64,000 nucleotides of DNA from assembly GCA_043801745.1 (NCBI GenBank), contig JAZDLR010000001.1, forward strand, positions 24,374 through 88,373, given 5' to 3'. The notes beneath the pieces are model-generated. The model was not told the DNA's origin and ran no database searches. It was given only the letters and a program-made list of their open reading frames with translations. Positions 1 through 10,515 of this stretch are shown in pieces; within the stretch, counting starts at the first letter, position 1; each line of letters starts with the position of its first letter. Source of the DNA: Candidatus Komeilibacteria bacterium. GTDB lineage: Bacteria > Patescibacteriota > Patescibacteriia > UBA1558 > 2-01-FULL-52-15. Position numbers and translations under genes: made by a program.

Positions 1-268
1 GCCTGTCCTGAGCGAAGCCGAAGGAGCCGGCTAATAATTGCTCGGCCCGTGACAACATTTCCTTGGCTGCTTTATTCGTAAAGGTTAAAAGTAAAATGCG
101 GTCTTTAGTAAAACCATTATCAATTAACCAGGACAAACGGTAAATCAGGGTCCGCGTCTTGCCCGAACCGGCTCCGGCCAAAACTAAAGCCGGCCCCGGC
201 TTGCTTTCGACCACGGCCAATTGCTCAGTATTAAGTTCCTGCGCGTAATTAATCGGCTTGACGCTCAT
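1..268 (-). CDS. UvrD/PcrA-family helicase, N-terminal part (runs off window edge)
   Basis: Manual translation [45 protein letters not shown]...[14 protein letters not shown] shows Walker A and motif Ia of SF1 helicases. Confidence 0.9.
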   Translation of the reverse strand, partial: MSVKPINYAQELNTEQLAVVESKPGPALVLAGAGSGKTRTLIYRLSWLIDNGFTKDRILLLTFTNKAAKEMLSRAEQLLAGSFGFAQDR

Positions 269-404
269 GGTCATTACCAAAAAATTTAGCTGCCAGTTCC
301 CAGAGGGCCCGGTCTAATAGCTTCGGATCATTAATAGAGCGTCGCAACTCCGCTTTTTGCCGGCGCAAAAATTTACGCACTGATTTGGGTAATTTACGGG
401 TCAT
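249..404 (-). CDS. Small basic hypothetical protein (51 aa)
   Basis: Manual [54 protein letters not shown]; overlaps helicase start; -10-like TATAAT just upstream. Confidence 0.6.
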   Translation of the reverse strand: MTRKLPKSVRKFLRRQKAELRRSINDPKLLDRALWELAAKFFGNDHERQAD

Positions 405-511
405 AGCCTGACCATTATAGCAGGCGTACCTGTTTCAGCAACTGGCTGCAATATAGCTTTGACAGCAAGAATCAATTATACTATTATGGCCTTTCTACTT
501 AACGTAAAACA

Positions 512-1573
512 ATGTCATTTTCACTCGGTATCGTCGGCTTACCTAACGTCGGCAAATCAACTTTATTTCAGGCCTTAACCAAAAAAAAGGTTGATGCTTC
601 GAATTATCCTTTTTGCACGATTGATCCCAATGTCGGCGTCGTGGCCGTGCCGGATGAGCGCTTAGCTAAACTGGCGGTCATGTCCAAATCAGATAAAATT
701 GTTCCCACGGCTATTGAGTTCGTGGATATTGCGGGCTTGGTCAAAGGCGCTTCCACCGGCGAGGGGTTGGGTAATAAATTCTTAACTCACATCCGCGAGG
801 TGGATGCTATTGCGCAAGTGGTCCGGGCTTTCGAAGATCCCAATGTCATCCACGTGCACGGGCAGGTTGATCCAATCGGTGACCGCGAAGTAATTAATTT
901 GGAATTAATCCTGGCTGATCTGGAGGTAGTGAATAATCGTCTGTCTCGGGCAAAACAGCAGGCCAAGGGCATCGTGGCTAAAGAAGCCGTAAAAGAAATT
1001 GAGCTGTTGGAGAAAATCAAAGCTCATCTGGAAGCCAACCGCTTAGCTACAGAACTTAGTTTGACTGAAGAAGAAGTTAAAGCCATCCGCAGTTTAAACT
1101 TACTGACATTAAAACCCATGATCTATATTTATAATGTCAGTGAAGATGAATTAGCTAAACAGCAAAATTTGCCGCCGAATACAATTGCCATCTGTGCCAA
1201 GATTGAATCTGAAGTGGCCGAACTGCCGGAAAATGAACGACAGGAATATTTACAGGCCTTGGGGATTAAAACCACCGGTTTGGATAATTTAATTTCTACC
1301 AGCTATAAGTTACTCAACTTACTCACCTTTATAACCACCGGTCCGATGGAATCTAAAGCTTGGACCATAGTAGCCGGCACTAAAGCGCCACAAGCTGCCG
1401 GTGTAATTCATACTGACTTTGAACAGGGCTTTATCCGCGCTGAAGTTGTGAACTGGCAGGAACTGCTAAATTGCGGCAGTTGGAACGGGGCACGCGAACA
1501 GGGCAAACTGCGCATGGAAGGTAAAGATTACATTATGCAGGATGGAGACGTGGTGCATTTTCATTTTAATTAA
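512..1573 (+). CDS. ychF: Redox-regulated ATPase YchF (Obg family)
   Basis: [33 protein letters not shown]-terminal TGS domain ([24 protein letters not shown]). Confidence 0.97.
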   Translation: MSFSLGIVGLPNVGKSTLFQALTKKKVDASNYPFCTIDPNVGVVAVPDERLAKLAVMSKSDKIVPTAIEFVDIAGLVKGASTGEGLGNKFLTHIREVDAIAQVVRAFEDPNVIHVHGQVDPIGDREVINLELILADLEVVNNRLSRAKQQAKGIVAKEAVKEIELLEKIKAHLEANRLATELSLTEEEVKAIRSLNLLTLKPMIYIYNVSEDELAKQQNLPPNTIAICAKIESEVAELPENERQEYLQALGIKTTGLDNLISTSYKLLNLLTFITTGPMESKAWTIVAGTKAPQAAGVIHTDFEQGFIRAEVVNWQELLNCGSWNGAREQGKLRMEGKDYIMQDGDVVHFHFN

Positions 1574-1659
1574 TTTTTCTTCAGCTTGACACTGGGAGCA
1601 AATTAGCCTAAAAAGGAACTGCTAGCAGTTCCTTTTTACTTACATCAACGGAGGTCAAC

Positions 1660-2073
1660 GTGAGCTTGTCTTGTCAGCGGGCAACTGATCCAGTCAAATT
1701 GCTGAAACGCAACCGGATCAAGGTTCCGATTACAGTCGCGGCGCAAGCCAATCTGGCCGACTTTATCCAGATTGGAAACCGCAGTATGGTCATGAGCAGG
1801 AAAACCCGGATTGAAAAAATCCGACAGGCCCAAGAGCAGTGGATCGGCCAGCGGGTAAAAGATAAGGGCGGGAACCGCTTTGGACGCGTCCTGTATCTGC
1901 GGATCCGGAATTCCTGCAACGATTTTGATGCCAAAGACCGAGTCACTCCGTACCGCATTCCGTTTCTCGCCTACGTTATCTGGGATTACGGGCCGGCCAA
2001 ATCGGTCGGCCTCAGCACACTCGAACTGGTGGCCAAAAAGGGGGAGGCACCGTGTCTCAAGTTAAAACAATAG
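1660..2073 (+). CDS. Orphan hypothetical protein
   Basis: GTG start with GGAGG SD; upstream TTGACA promoter; first gene of a 3-gene orphan operon. Confidence 0.65.
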   Translation: MSLSCQRATDPVKLLKRNRIKVPITVAAQANLADFIQIGNRSMVMSRKTRIEKIRQAQEQWIGQRVKDKGGNRFGRVLYLRIRNSCNDFDAKDRVTPYRIPFLAYVIWDYGPAKSVGLSTLELVAKKGEAPCLKLKQ

Positions 2074-2420
2074 TCCGCGATCGATTCACGACCAAGGATG
2101 GCGTCACCGTCACTCTTCCTTCGCCTGGAGACGTGATCAAGATCACCATGCTAGAATCCAACGATCGACGTCGCCCAGTCGGCAGAGTAATGCAACTGAT
2201 CGTGTTAACTGTCGATATGAGTGGTCCTTTCAGAAACGTAGTCATTAAGACCAACCATCCTGAGCGTCATAATGACACCGAGAGCTTTCAACTTAGTGAC
2301 GACGGTAAATGGATGACCTCTCCAGTCATTTACCTGAAGTGTAATCTGGAGATCATCGGCTCACTCATCATTCCTTTCCAGCCAGGCAGTTATCGGCCGG
2401 AAACCGATGTCGACATGTGA
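2052..2420 (+). CDS. Orphan hypothetical protein (paralog of next gene)
   Basis: GGAGG SD plus GTG; motif DVIKITMLESNDRRRPVG shared with downstream ORF. Confidence 0.75.
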   Translation: MSQVKTIVRDRFTTKDGVTVTLPSPGDVIKITMLESNDRRRPVGRVMQLIVLTVDMSGPFRNVVIKTNHPERHNDTESFQLSDDGKWMTSPVIYLKCNLEIIGSLIIPFQPGSYRPETDVDM

Positions 2421-2439
2421 AACCTGCAAGGAGCGAGTC

Positions 2440-2808
2440 ATGACCAGAGCCAAAACAAGAAGTCGTGCGAAGCCGAAAGACAAGAAGCTGATTCTGCCCA
2501 AGCGCCTGGATACGGTCATGATCACCATGTTAGAGTCTGACGGTCGTCGTCGTCCCGCTGGTCTGGAGATGCACCTGCTCGTATGGTGCGCCAGCAAGCG
2601 TGACCAAAAGGGTAATGCTGTGATCTGGACAAATGACCCGGATTATTTCCGCCGCGTTCTGGCCTTCCGCCTTGGAGCAGACGGTCAGTGGCGAATCGGT
2701 CGCTCCCGAAAGAAAGTCGAAATCAAGATCCAAGGATCACTCCTTGACGCAGCCAAGATGCCGCAGCGGCCAACGGGCTTTCAGGCCGGAGCCACATTCG
2801 CTCGCTGA
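2440..2808 (+). CDS. Orphan hypothetical protein (paralog of previous gene)
   Basis: AAGGAG SD before ATG 2440; motif DTVMITMLESDGRRRPAG. Confidence 0.75.
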   Translation: MTRAKTRSRAKPKDKKLILPKRLDTVMITMLESDGRRRPAGLEMHLLVWCASKRDQKGNAVIWTNDPDYFRRVLAFRLGADGQWRIGRSRKKVEIKIQGSLLDAAKMPQRPTGFQAGATFAR

Positions 2809-2814
2809 AACTTT

Positions 2815-2847
2815 GGGCTCTGTTCAAATCACGAACAGAGCCCTTTT
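2815..2847 (+). terminator. Intrinsic terminator of orphan operon
   Basis: GGGCTCTGTTC-loop-GAACAGAGCCC followed by TTTT. Confidence 0.8.
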
Positions 2848-2908
2848 CCATTATTATTATCCTCTCCCAAAAAAGGAATTTAGCCCAAAGTCAATTCAGA
2901 TAAATTCC

Positions 2909-2948
2909 TTGACCCCGTTAGAGGCGAAGCATCTCTAACGGGGTTGAC
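2909..2948. repeat. CCCGTTAGA..TCTAACGGGG palindromic mini-element flanked by TTGAC direct repeats
   Basis: TTGAC-CCCGTTAGAGGCGAAGCATCTCTAACGGGG-TTGAC; related copies at about 17145, 20391, 21333, 23952, 28396, 40661, 48833. Confidence 0.85.
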
Positions 2949-2972
2949 TTTTAATTGAATCTGTGCTAAAAT
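2944..2972 (+). promoter_or_regulatory. Sigma70 promoter into non-coding region
   Basis: TTGACT-N17-TAAAAT with TG extension. Confidence 0.7.
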
Positions 2973-2977
2973 GACTT

Positions 2978-3296
2978 ATGTAGGTTCATTCTAGCTACGG
3001 AAAATAAAAAATAAACATCAGGTCAATCAACTCCACGCCAACACCGATTCTGATGTTGGTATTTTTTATATCGTTCTTTTGGTAGATAGTTACAACCAAT
3101 GAGCCACCACCTAGTGGGGCTACCAAATAATAAGTTGTGACTAATAGACATTTATAATTCACCACGAGGGTGAGTCAGCTAACAAGCTGATAAGAAAAAA
3201 CAAAACCAAATCAACATGCAGGCCCTATCTTCATCCAATGGAAGACAAGGCTCTAGCCTCGGGACCCCATGCTTGTTCCGAGGTTTTTGCTTTTTC
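2978..3296 (+). ncRNA. Candidate structured sRNA or attenuator region
   Basis: Promoter upstream, no credible ORF, several hairpins, A-rich linkers, two terminator-like hairpins (about 3037-3068 and 3255-3296). Confidence 0.45.
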
Positions 3297-3308
3297 ACTC
3301 CACTCATC

Positions 3309-3337
3309 TTGACACGATAGCTAAACAGTGGTAGATT
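3309..3337 (+). promoter_or_regulatory. Sigma70 promoter of candidate large ncRNA
   Basis: TTGACA-N17-TAGATT with TG extension. Confidence 0.7.
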
Positions 3338-3344
3338 TGGCGCT

Positions 3345-3845
3345 AAATGTTCCTTGGGCATGTGACAAGCAATAGATTGCTGAATGGCAAAGCGCTGTTC
3401 AGAAATCTTCTCGGGCCAGCTGTTGTGGATCAGATTTACCACTATTAACGGCCCCACCGCCTTGAGCTGCTTGTCACAGTAGTATTTGGTACCGCCGGTG
3501 CGTTTGGGAACTGGTATGTGCGGCCACTACCACTACCAACCACCGGTGGTACCGAAAATAAATTTCCGCTGTGCTGCTGGTATTCAGGCCGACGCCATCC
3601 CTGAATTTGGGCCGCGCCAAATCCTGATACCTTCAGTACGGCGGGATATATTTCGCAAAATGCCTGTCCTGTTTTCGGTGCTAGCAATCACGCCTTGCGT
3701 CAGCTAAGCGGCCTGCCTGCCGCGCAAGGTTGCCTTGATTGGCTTCACCGATCTGGCCGGACCCGACAAAGAAGTGACTCAGCTGATATTAGGGTACGCA
3801 ACCCCTAATCACTGACGATCTCTGAGTTAGGTCCGGTCTCTTTAA
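3345..3845 (+). ncRNA. Candidate ~500-nt structured ncRNA (five consecutive long hairpins)
   Basis: Closing stems 3361-3371/3468-3478, 3485-3500/3541-3556, 3563-3575/3634-3646, 3675-3690/3736-3751, 3755-3763/3830-3838; non-WC pairs in three of them read as G-U on the + strand. Confidence 0.6.
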
Positions 3846-3918
3846 TTTAAAAAACTCCACGACAAAGGAGTGAAATATTTTTTTATCATACTACAACCTA
3901 AAGCCTAATTCCTAACGC

Positions 3919-4950
3919 CTACAATAATTTCTGCGTCACATCCTGCGGCGGCGTCAATCCCATATGTTCATAGCCTCGTTCCGTAACCACGCGTCCACGT
4001 GGTGTCCGAGCGAGAAATCCCAACTGCATTAAATAGGGCTCGTAGATTTCTTCAATCGTTCCCATATCTTCCTGCATCGAAGCCGCCAAAGTGGTGAGCC
4101 CTACCGGTCCGCCGCTAAATTTTTCAATCACAGTTAACAATAACTGCCGGTCCAATTCTTCTAAACCCGCCTGATCAATACCTAACATGTCTAGGGCCTC
4201 TTGTGTTTGCCGCAAAGTAATACGTCCGCCGTCACCTTTGACTTGCGAAAAATCGCGCACGCGTTTCAAAATACGGTTGGCGATACGCGGAGTGGCACGG
4301 CTGCGGCGGGAAATTTCTGACGCCGCGTCATCATCCAATGATAAAGCCAATAGTTGCGCCGAACGCCGGACAATCTGACCGATTTCATCTTTGCGGTAAA
4401 AATCTAAACGGTAAGTTACGCCAAAACGGTCACGCAACGGCGCTGATAATAAATTGTAACGCGTGGTCGCGCCAATAATGGTAAAGCGCGGTAAATCTAA
4501 CCGAACTGTTTGCGCACTTGGTCCCTTACCAATAATTAGATCAATAGCGCAATCTTCCATAGCCGGATAAAGAATTTCCTCAATCACTTTATTCAGACGG
4601 TGGATCTCATCAATAAACAAAATATCTCCGCCTTGCATATTAGTCAGGATCGCCGCCAGATCTCCGGCTTTAGTAATAGCCGGCCCAGAAGTTGTCTTGA
4701 TATTAGCTCCCATCTCGCGGGCAATAATATGAGCCAGTGTTGTTTTGCCTAAACCCGGAGGACCATAAATCAAAACATGCTCAATCGGTTCATTGCGCTG
4801 CTTGGCCGCCTGCAAGAAAATATCCAGATTATTCTTCACCTGTTCCTGACCAATGTACTCGGCTAAAAATCTGGGACGCAAAGTCAGGTCCAGAGTCTTA
4901 TCCTCCGGCAGTTCCTTTAAACTCAAAGATTTATGGGGGTCAACAGTCAT
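3919..4950 (-). CDS. ruvB: Holliday junction branch migration helicase RuvB
   Basis: [48 protein letters not shown]. Confidence 0.98.
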   Translation of the reverse strand: MTVDPHKSLSLKELPEDKTLDLTLRPRFLAEYIGQEQVKNNLDIFLQAAKQRNEPIEHVLIYGPPGLGKTTLAHIIAREMGANIKTTSGPAITKAGDLAAILTNMQGGDILFIDEIHRLNKVIEEILYPAMEDCAIDLIIGKGPSAQTVRLDLPRFTIIGATTRYNLLSAPLRDRFGVTYRLDFYRKDEIGQIVRRSAQLLALSLDDDAASEISRRSRATPRIANRILKRVRDFSQVKGDGGRITLRQTQEALDMLGIDQAGLEELDRQLLLTVIEKFSGGPVGLTTLAASMQEDMGTIEEIYEPYLMQLGFLARTPRGRVVTERGYEHMGLTPPQDVTQKLL

Positions 4951-5006
4951 ATTAAAGTCACCTTAGCACTAAATACAGCCAATTTCAACCATTCTCACGC
5001 CATTGC

Positions 5007-5407
5007 CATTGTCATTGCGAGACCCATCAGCCTCCGGTTGATGGAGCGAAGCAATCTGTAACTAATCATACCAATCCTTAGCCAAATCATCATATTCAGG
5101 ATTATCTTTTATTATCAGTAACTCTTTATTTTTTCGTGATCCACCCTTTATTTGTTTTTCTCTGGCGAGAGCACAAGCAATATCATCTGTCTCCTCATAA
5201 TAAACCAACTTCCTAATATTGTAGTGGGTCGTGAAACTAGTGGAATCAATTTTATTTTTGTGTTCATAAACTCTGCGTTCGAGATCATTAGTAACACCAA
5301 CGTAAATAACGCTATCAGTAAAATTAGTCATTAAATAGACAAAATAGGATTTAGACATATCTTTACAGATTGCTTCCCCCGCCAGAGGCGGGGTCGCAAT
5401 GACAATG
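5007..5407. mobile_element. Inverted-repeat-bracketed GIY-YIG nuclease cassette (putative mobile unit)
   Basis: 14-bp IRs CATTGTCATTGCGA (5007-5020) / TCGCAATGACAATG (5394-5407) and GAAGCAATCTGTAA (5048-5061) / TTACAGATTGCTTC (5363-5376) enclose only the nuclease ORF. Confidence 0.6.
5062..5358 (-). CDS. GIY-YIG nuclease family protein
   Basis: YFVYLMTN..VIYVGVTNDLERRVYEHK..LVYYEE..AREKQIKGGSR. Confidence 0.93.
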   Translation of the reverse strand: MSKSYFVYLMTNFTDSVIYVGVTNDLERRVYEHKNKIDSTSFTTHYNIRKLVYYEETDDIACALAREKQIKGGSRKNKELLIIKDNPEYDDLAKDWYD

Positions 5408-5488
5408 TTCAGATAATAATAAAAAACAAAGACCGTCGTCCCTGTTTCATAATTCTTCCCTTACTTCTATCTTCTAACTTCTTCCTTC

Positions 5489-7987
5489 TTATATTAAAAC
5501 CAACGACGTCAGTTCATCCTCCGCTTCCTTGAAACGCATCAGACGCACACCTTGCGTGGCGCGGCCCAAGATAGAAACGGATTTGATTGGCATACGGATA
5601 ACCTGACCCATCTTAGAAATAATAATAGCGTCGCCGTCATGCTTGCTGCTGATAATTCGCACCGCTTTTATCTCACCGGTCTTAGGCGTAACATTAGCTG
5701 TCTTGACGCCTGATCCGCCACGGCCCTGAACTTTATATTCTTTCACCGGCGTACGTTTACCGTAGCCCTTACTCATAACGACTAATAACTGCTCGCCAAC
5801 CTGAATCTGTCCTTCGGGCAACAAATCCATGCCCACGATCAAATCGTTGCCTTTGAGGCGCATACCGCGCACACCGGCCGCGTTACGTCCCATTTCTCGG
5901 ATATCTTTTTCTTTGAAGCGGATAGCCTGACCTTTGGCCGAGATCAACATAATATCATCCTTACCGGTAGAAAGTTTCACCCATTGCAGGCGGTCGCCTT
6001 CTTTCAATTTCAAAGCAATCAAGCCGCTGCGGCGGATATTAGAAAACTTATCAATGCCCACGCGCTTGATCAGACCATGCTCAGTAACCATCACCATATA
6101 CTTGTAAAGTCTGAAATCAGCGCTCTGTAAAATAGAAGAAACTTTTTCTTCCGGGCCAAGCTGCAGGAAATTCACAATATTAGTGCCCTTAGCCGTACGT
6201 GAGGCCGGCGGCACATCATAAGCTTTCAATTGGAACACCCGTCCGCGCGTAGTGAAAAACATCAGATCATCATGAGTATTGGTGGCCAGGAAAAATTCCA
6301 CCTGATCCTCCTCTTTCGTGGTTAAACCGATGACTCCTTTACCGCCCCTGGCCTGACTCTTGAAAGTATCCGGCGGCAAACGTTTAATGTAACCGTCATG
6401 GGTAATGGTGACAACTGCCGGCTCATTGGGAATTAAATCTTCTGTCGTCATTTCTCCGACTCCACCCTTGACTACCCGGGTCCGGCGCTCATCACCAAAT
6501 TTTTCTTTCAAATATTTTAATTCCTCTACGATGATGCTGGTTATCTTCTTCTCGCTCTTAAGAATATCCAGCAACTCCTTTATCAAAGTCTGCTTCTCTT
6601 TTAATTCTCCCTCAATTTTCAAACGCTCCAGATTAGCCAAGCTCTGCAGACGCATTTCCAAAATGGCTGTGGCCTGACGGTCGGACAATTTAAACTTAGT
6701 AATCAGATTAACCTTAGCTACATCCTTATCTTTAGAAGCGCGGATAGTTTTAATCACCGCGTCAATCTTATCCAGGGCCATAACCAAGCCTTCCAAAATG
6801 TGCGCCCGGTCTTTAGCTTTTTCCAGATCAAATTCGGTGCGGCGGCGCACCACCACGCGGCGGTGTTTGAGATATTCTTCTAAAAAGTTCTTCAGCGTCA
6901 ACACCCGGGGCTGTAAGCCGTCAACCAAAGCTAATAAATTAGCGTGAAAAGTTTCTTGCAGCTGTGTATGCTTGTAAAGGTTATTTAATACCTTCTTGGG
7001 ATAAGCATCTTTCTTTAATTCAACTACCACGCGTACGCCGTCGCGGTCAGATTCATCGCGTAAATCTTTGATACCTTCTACTTTCTTATCACGCACCAGG
7101 TTGGCAATCGCTTCCACCAAAGTTGATTTATTAACCTGATAAGGAATGGAAGTAATAATAATACGAAATTGCCCTTCTTTGGTTTCTTCAATTTCCGCTT
7201 CGCCGCGTATGACAATACCGCCCTTACCAGTCGAATAAGTCGCCTTGATATCATTCCAATTATAAATCACGCCGCCAGTCGGAAAATCCGGACCCTTAAC
7301 AAATTCCATCAGGTCATCAACATCACAATCAGGATGGTCAGTTAAATAAATAATGGCGTCAACTAATTCCGTCATATTGTGCGGCGGAATACTAGTCGCC
7401 ATACCGACGGCAATACCGACGCTGCCATTTAATAACAAGTTAGGAGCTTTGGCCGGCAGGACCGAAGGCTCTATTTGTGAACCGTCATAATTGGGAATAA
7501 AGTTGACGGTATTCTTCTCAATATCAGTCAGCATTTCTTCGGCCAAAGGACGCAGCTTGGCTTCGGTATAACGCATGGCCGCCGCACTATCACCGTCCAT
7601 TGATCCGAAGTTGCCCTGACCGTTGACCAACTCATAACGCATGGAGAAATCCTGGGCCATGCGCACCATTGATTCATAAATAGCGCTATCACCATGAGGA
7701 TGGTATTTTCCCATCACTTCTCCGACCACAGTGGCTGACTTACGGAATTTCGCTCCCGGCTTCAAGCCGATATTCCACATGGCGTACAAGACGCGGCGGT
7801 GAACCGGCTTCAAACCATCACGCACATCCGGCAAAGCCCGCGCCACAATAACACTCATGGCATAGTCCAGATAGGATGTCTGCATTTCCTCCACCAACGG
7901 CTGCAACACTAACGTCTCACCACGAGATTGCTCGGGCTTAACAGCGCCGGATTGATTACCTTTATTCTTTTTAATTAATCTGGCCAT
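5489..7987 (-). CDS. gyrA: DNA gyrase subunit A
   Basis: [46 protein letters not shown], GyrA-box QARGGKG, beta-pinwheel repeats. Confidence 0.98.
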   Translation of the reverse strand: MARLIKKNKGNQSGAVKPEQSRGETLVLQPLVEEMQTSYLDYAMSVIVARALPDVRDGLKPVHRRVLYAMWNIGLKPGAKFRKSATVVGEVMGKYHPHGDSAIYESMVRMAQDFSMRYELVNGQGNFGSMDGDSAAAMRYTEAKLRPLAEEMLTDIEKNTVNFIPNYDGSQIEPSVLPAKAPNLLLNGSVGIAVGMATSIPPHNMTELVDAIIYLTDHPDCDVDDLMEFVKGPDFPTGGVIYNWNDIKATYSTGKGGIVIRGEAEIEETKEGQFRIIITSIPYQVNKSTLVEAIANLVRDKKVEGIKDLRDESDRDGVRVVVELKKDAYPKKVLNNLYKHTQLQETFHANLLALVDGLQPRVLTLKNFLEEYLKHRRVVVRRRTEFDLEKAKDRAHILEGLVMALDKIDAVIKTIRASKDKDVAKVNLITKFKLSDRQATAILEMRLQSLANLERLKIEGELKEKQTLIKELLDILKSEKKITSIIVEELKYLKEKFGDERRTRVVKGGVGEMTTEDLIPNEPAVVTITHDGYIKRLPPDTFKSQARGGKGVIGLTTKEEDQVEFFLATNTHDDLMFFTTRGRVFQLKAYDVPPASRTAKGTNIVNFLQLGPEEKVSSILQSADFRLYKYMVMVTEHGLIKRVGIDKFSNIRRSGLIALKLKEGDRLQWVKLSTGKDDIMLISAKGQAIRFKEKDIREMGRNAAGVRGMRLKGNDLIVGMDLLPEGQIQVGEQLLVVMSKGYGKRTPVKEYKVQGRGGSGVKTANVTPKTGEIKAVRIISSKHDGDAIIISKMGQVIRMPIKSVSILGRATQGVRLMRFKEAEDELTSLVLI

Positions 7988-7999
7988 GATTATAGATAA

Positions 8000-8281
8000 C
8001 TACTGATTGGTAGACGTCGTTAAATCAGTATTAATATTGCCCGTTGCCGCCGGCACTGTAGCAGACTCCGTAGTTGAAGACGTTAAGAAATCTGCGTTCT
8101 GCTGCAACAGCTTAATAAAATCATTATTATTCTTATCCAAGGTTTTCATAATCTCTACTTGACGCTGCTGACTGGGACCAGAGAAAATTCCCAGGCGATA
8201 CAAGGCCCACCAGGTCAATAAACCCACAATAATAACCACCACTAATACAATCTGCAAAACTTTTTGGTTATTGGATTCCAT
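8000..8281 (-). CDS. Small membrane-anchored hypothetical protein
   Basis: N-terminal hydrophobic helix; in operon between MBL protein and gyrA. Confidence 0.7.
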   Translation of the reverse strand: MESNNQKVLQIVLVVVIIVGLLTWWALYRLGIFSGPSQQRQVEIMKTLDKNNNDFIKLLQQNADFLTSSTTESATVPAATGNINTDLTTSTNQ

Positions 8282-8284
8282 AAT

Positions 8285-8887
8285 TTAAACTGTTAAGACC
8301 ACGACCCGGGTGTCCTCGGTCGTGACGTCTTTTTTAGTAATTTTTAACTTATCAGTAGTCTCGTGTTTGGCGCCATACTCTTTCAAGAAGGGCTCAACCG
8401 CTTCTAGTCCCTTACTGCCGCTGATTTTGGTATAAGCCGGAATAATAATGCTCGGTTCAATCTGATTAATCATAGCCGCGGCTTCCTTGGGCGTCATCAT
8501 ACCACCACCGCCAACGGGCAAAATTAGCACGTCCACACCTTCTATCTTTTCTAAAATTGGCGCTGGTAAATCTTTAGCTTTGACCGGACCAATCCAGGCT
8601 ACAGTAACACCGCCAATATCCAACCAATAAATTACCGAAGCATGATTATAACCCAGACCATTGACAAACACACCCTTAACTTCATACTCGCCCGGCGTAT
8701 CAATAATAAAAGTGCCCTCACCAATGCAAGCCAGATCATCTTTTGTCCGAGGGTGGCTCAAAAGTAGCAACTCGGCGCTGGTCTTTCTTAATTTAAAATT
8801 TGACTCCGGAACCGTCGGGTCAAATATCACAGAAACGTTGCTTTCTTGTAAGCGGAAACAGCCGTAGCCAGACCAGGAAATTTGCAT
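8285..8887 (-). CDS. MBL-fold protein (Lactamase_B_3-like), metal ligands partly degenerate
   Basis: MQISWSGYGCFRL, PGEYEVKGVFV, VDVLILPVGG, IEPSIIIP. Confidence 0.85.
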   Translation of the reverse strand: MQISWSGYGCFRLQESNVSVIFDPTVPESNFKLRKTSAELLLLSHPRTKDDLACIGEGTFIIDTPGEYEVKGVFVNGLGYNHASVIYWLDIGGVTVAWIGPVKAKDLPAPILEKIEGVDVLILPVGGGGMMTPKEAAAMINQIEPSIIIPAYTKISGSKGLEAVEPFLKEYGAKHETTDKLKITKKDVTTEDTRVVVLTV

Positions 8888-9098
8888 GAATTTAGGGTCA
8901 AAATTAATCGATTAGAACGGAGTAATATTAGCACATTTTACCTTATGAGTAAAGCCCAAAAACAACCATTCCTTCAATTCCGAGCAGGGCCAATAATTAA
9001 ACCAAGTATTGACTAATATGACTAGTTCGGGTAAACTCAGACCACTTAAATTAAAGACCTAAATTGGCGAGAAACAACGCCAATCCCTGGGCCACTTT

Positions 9099-9174
9099 GT
9101 CAGGTTGTAGCAAGATAGCTTGTAGGTTGTAGGAAGAATTCCTACTGCCTACAACCTAACGCCTAACGCCTGAC
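9099..9174. repeat. Heptamer-repeat hairpin in rpsA leader
   Basis: GTCAGGTTGTAG..GTAGGTTGTAGGAA / TTCCTAC..CCTACAACCTAACGCCTAACGCCTGAC. Confidence 0.7.
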
Positions 9175-9240
9175 CAGGTTAACGATCAACTCCCTCGCGA
9201 GCCATCTGGTCGTGAGGATTTTTTAGAAAGAACTACTATT

Positions 9241-10467
9241 GTGCCTACCAAGATTCCAACCAGTCATCTAGTGACCAAAGGTCACCCTATGGATGAGCTG
9301 CTCAAGCAACAAGATTTAATCAAAGTACCCAAGCCCGGCGAACTGGTCGAAGGTACTGTTCTTAGCGTCAGTAAAAACGAAGTCTACCTGGACCTGGATG
9401 GTATGACTACCGGTGTTATCCGCGGTAAAGAAATGGAAGACGAATCCGGCGAATCCGCCTCATTGCAAATTGGTGACCGCACTTCAGCCATGGTTGTTGA
9501 TTTGGAAAATGAACGCGGTGAAGTCGAGTTATCCTTCCGCATGGCCGGACATCAGAAAGCCTGGGACCGTTTAGAAAAATTAATGCGTGACGAACAGCCG
9601 GTAGAAGCCCGAGTCATTGATGCCAATAAAGGCGGTTTGATGGTGAAAGTCGGTAATGTCATTGGTTTCTTGCCGGTCTCGCAATTGACTACAGAAAATT
9701 ATCCCCGCATTGAGGGCGGTGACAAGAATAAAATTTTGGCCTACCTGAAAACCTTTGTTAATAAAGTAATGAAGACCAAAATTATTGACGTTGACGAGAA
9801 AGATGAGAAACTTATCGTTTCCGAGAAAGCTGCCTGGGATGAGAAACAGCGTAAAGCTCTGTCCGGCTACAAAGTCGGCGACACCATCAAGGGTACTATT
9901 ACCGGCGTGGTTGATTTCGGTGCTTTCATTGAATTCGGTGACGGCTTAGAAGGCCTGATTCATATTTCCGAATTGGCCTGGCAGCGTATTGACGATCCCA
10001 AAACCATTGTTAAAGTCGGCGACATTGTCGAAGCGGAAATTATTTCTCTGGATGACACCAAAGTCTCACTATCCATGAAAAAATTGAAAGATGATCCTTG
10101 GAAAGACGTAGAAAAGAAATATAAGATCGGCGACAAAGTCACTGGTAAAGTTTTGAAACTCAATCCCTTTGGCGCCTTCGTGGAATTGGATCAGGATATT
10201 CACGGTTTGGCCCACATCTCGGAATTAAGCGAAAAACCCATCAAGAGTCCCGATGAAGCGGTTCACGTCGGTGAAAGTTACGACTTCCGCGTCATTACCA
10301 TAGAAGCTAAAGATCACCGTCTGGGCCTTTCCTTGCGCCCTCCGCGCCCACCCAAGATCAAAAAAGAAATAACTCAAGAAACTGCCGGCGAAACAACTCC
10401 CCCAATTGAAACTACTCCGGTACCAGTAAGTGAAACTCCGACCAGCGATACTCCGGCCGCAGCTTAA
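9241..10467 (+). CDS. rpsA: 30S ribosomal protein S1 (four S1 domains; alternative start ATG 9289)
   Basis: Repeated S1 motifs (GFLPVSQL, FGAFIEFGDGLEGLIHISEL, FGAFVELDQDIHGLAHISEL). Confidence 0.93.
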   Translation: MPTKIPTSHLVTKGHPMDELLKQQDLIKVPKPGELVEGTVLSVSKNEVYLDLDGMTTGVIRGKEMEDESGESASLQIGDRTSAMVVDLENERGEVELSFRMAGHQKAWDRLEKLMRDEQPVEARVIDANKGGLMVKVGNVIGFLPVSQLTTENYPRIEGGDKNKILAYLKTFVNKVMKTKIIDVDEKDEKLIVSEKAAWDEKQRKALSGYKVGDTIKGTITGVVDFGAFIEFGDGLEGLIHISELAWQRIDDPKTIVKVGDIVEAEIISLDDTKVSLSMKKLKDDPWKDVEKKYKIGDKVTGKVLKLNPFGAFVELDQDIHGLAHISELSEKPIKSPDEAVHVGESYDFRVITIEAKDHRLGLSLRPPRPPKIKKEITQETAGETTPPIETTPVPVSETPTSDTPAAA

Positions 10468-10515
10468 CTAGACTATTAGGTTGCATCTCGGTATTATTAA
10501 GACAAGACAACTATA

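Noticed and set aside
3179-3707. ORFs 3179-3457, 3445-3687 and 3486-3707
   Set aside because: No SD or recognisable motifs, mutually overlapping, and better explained by a structured RNA
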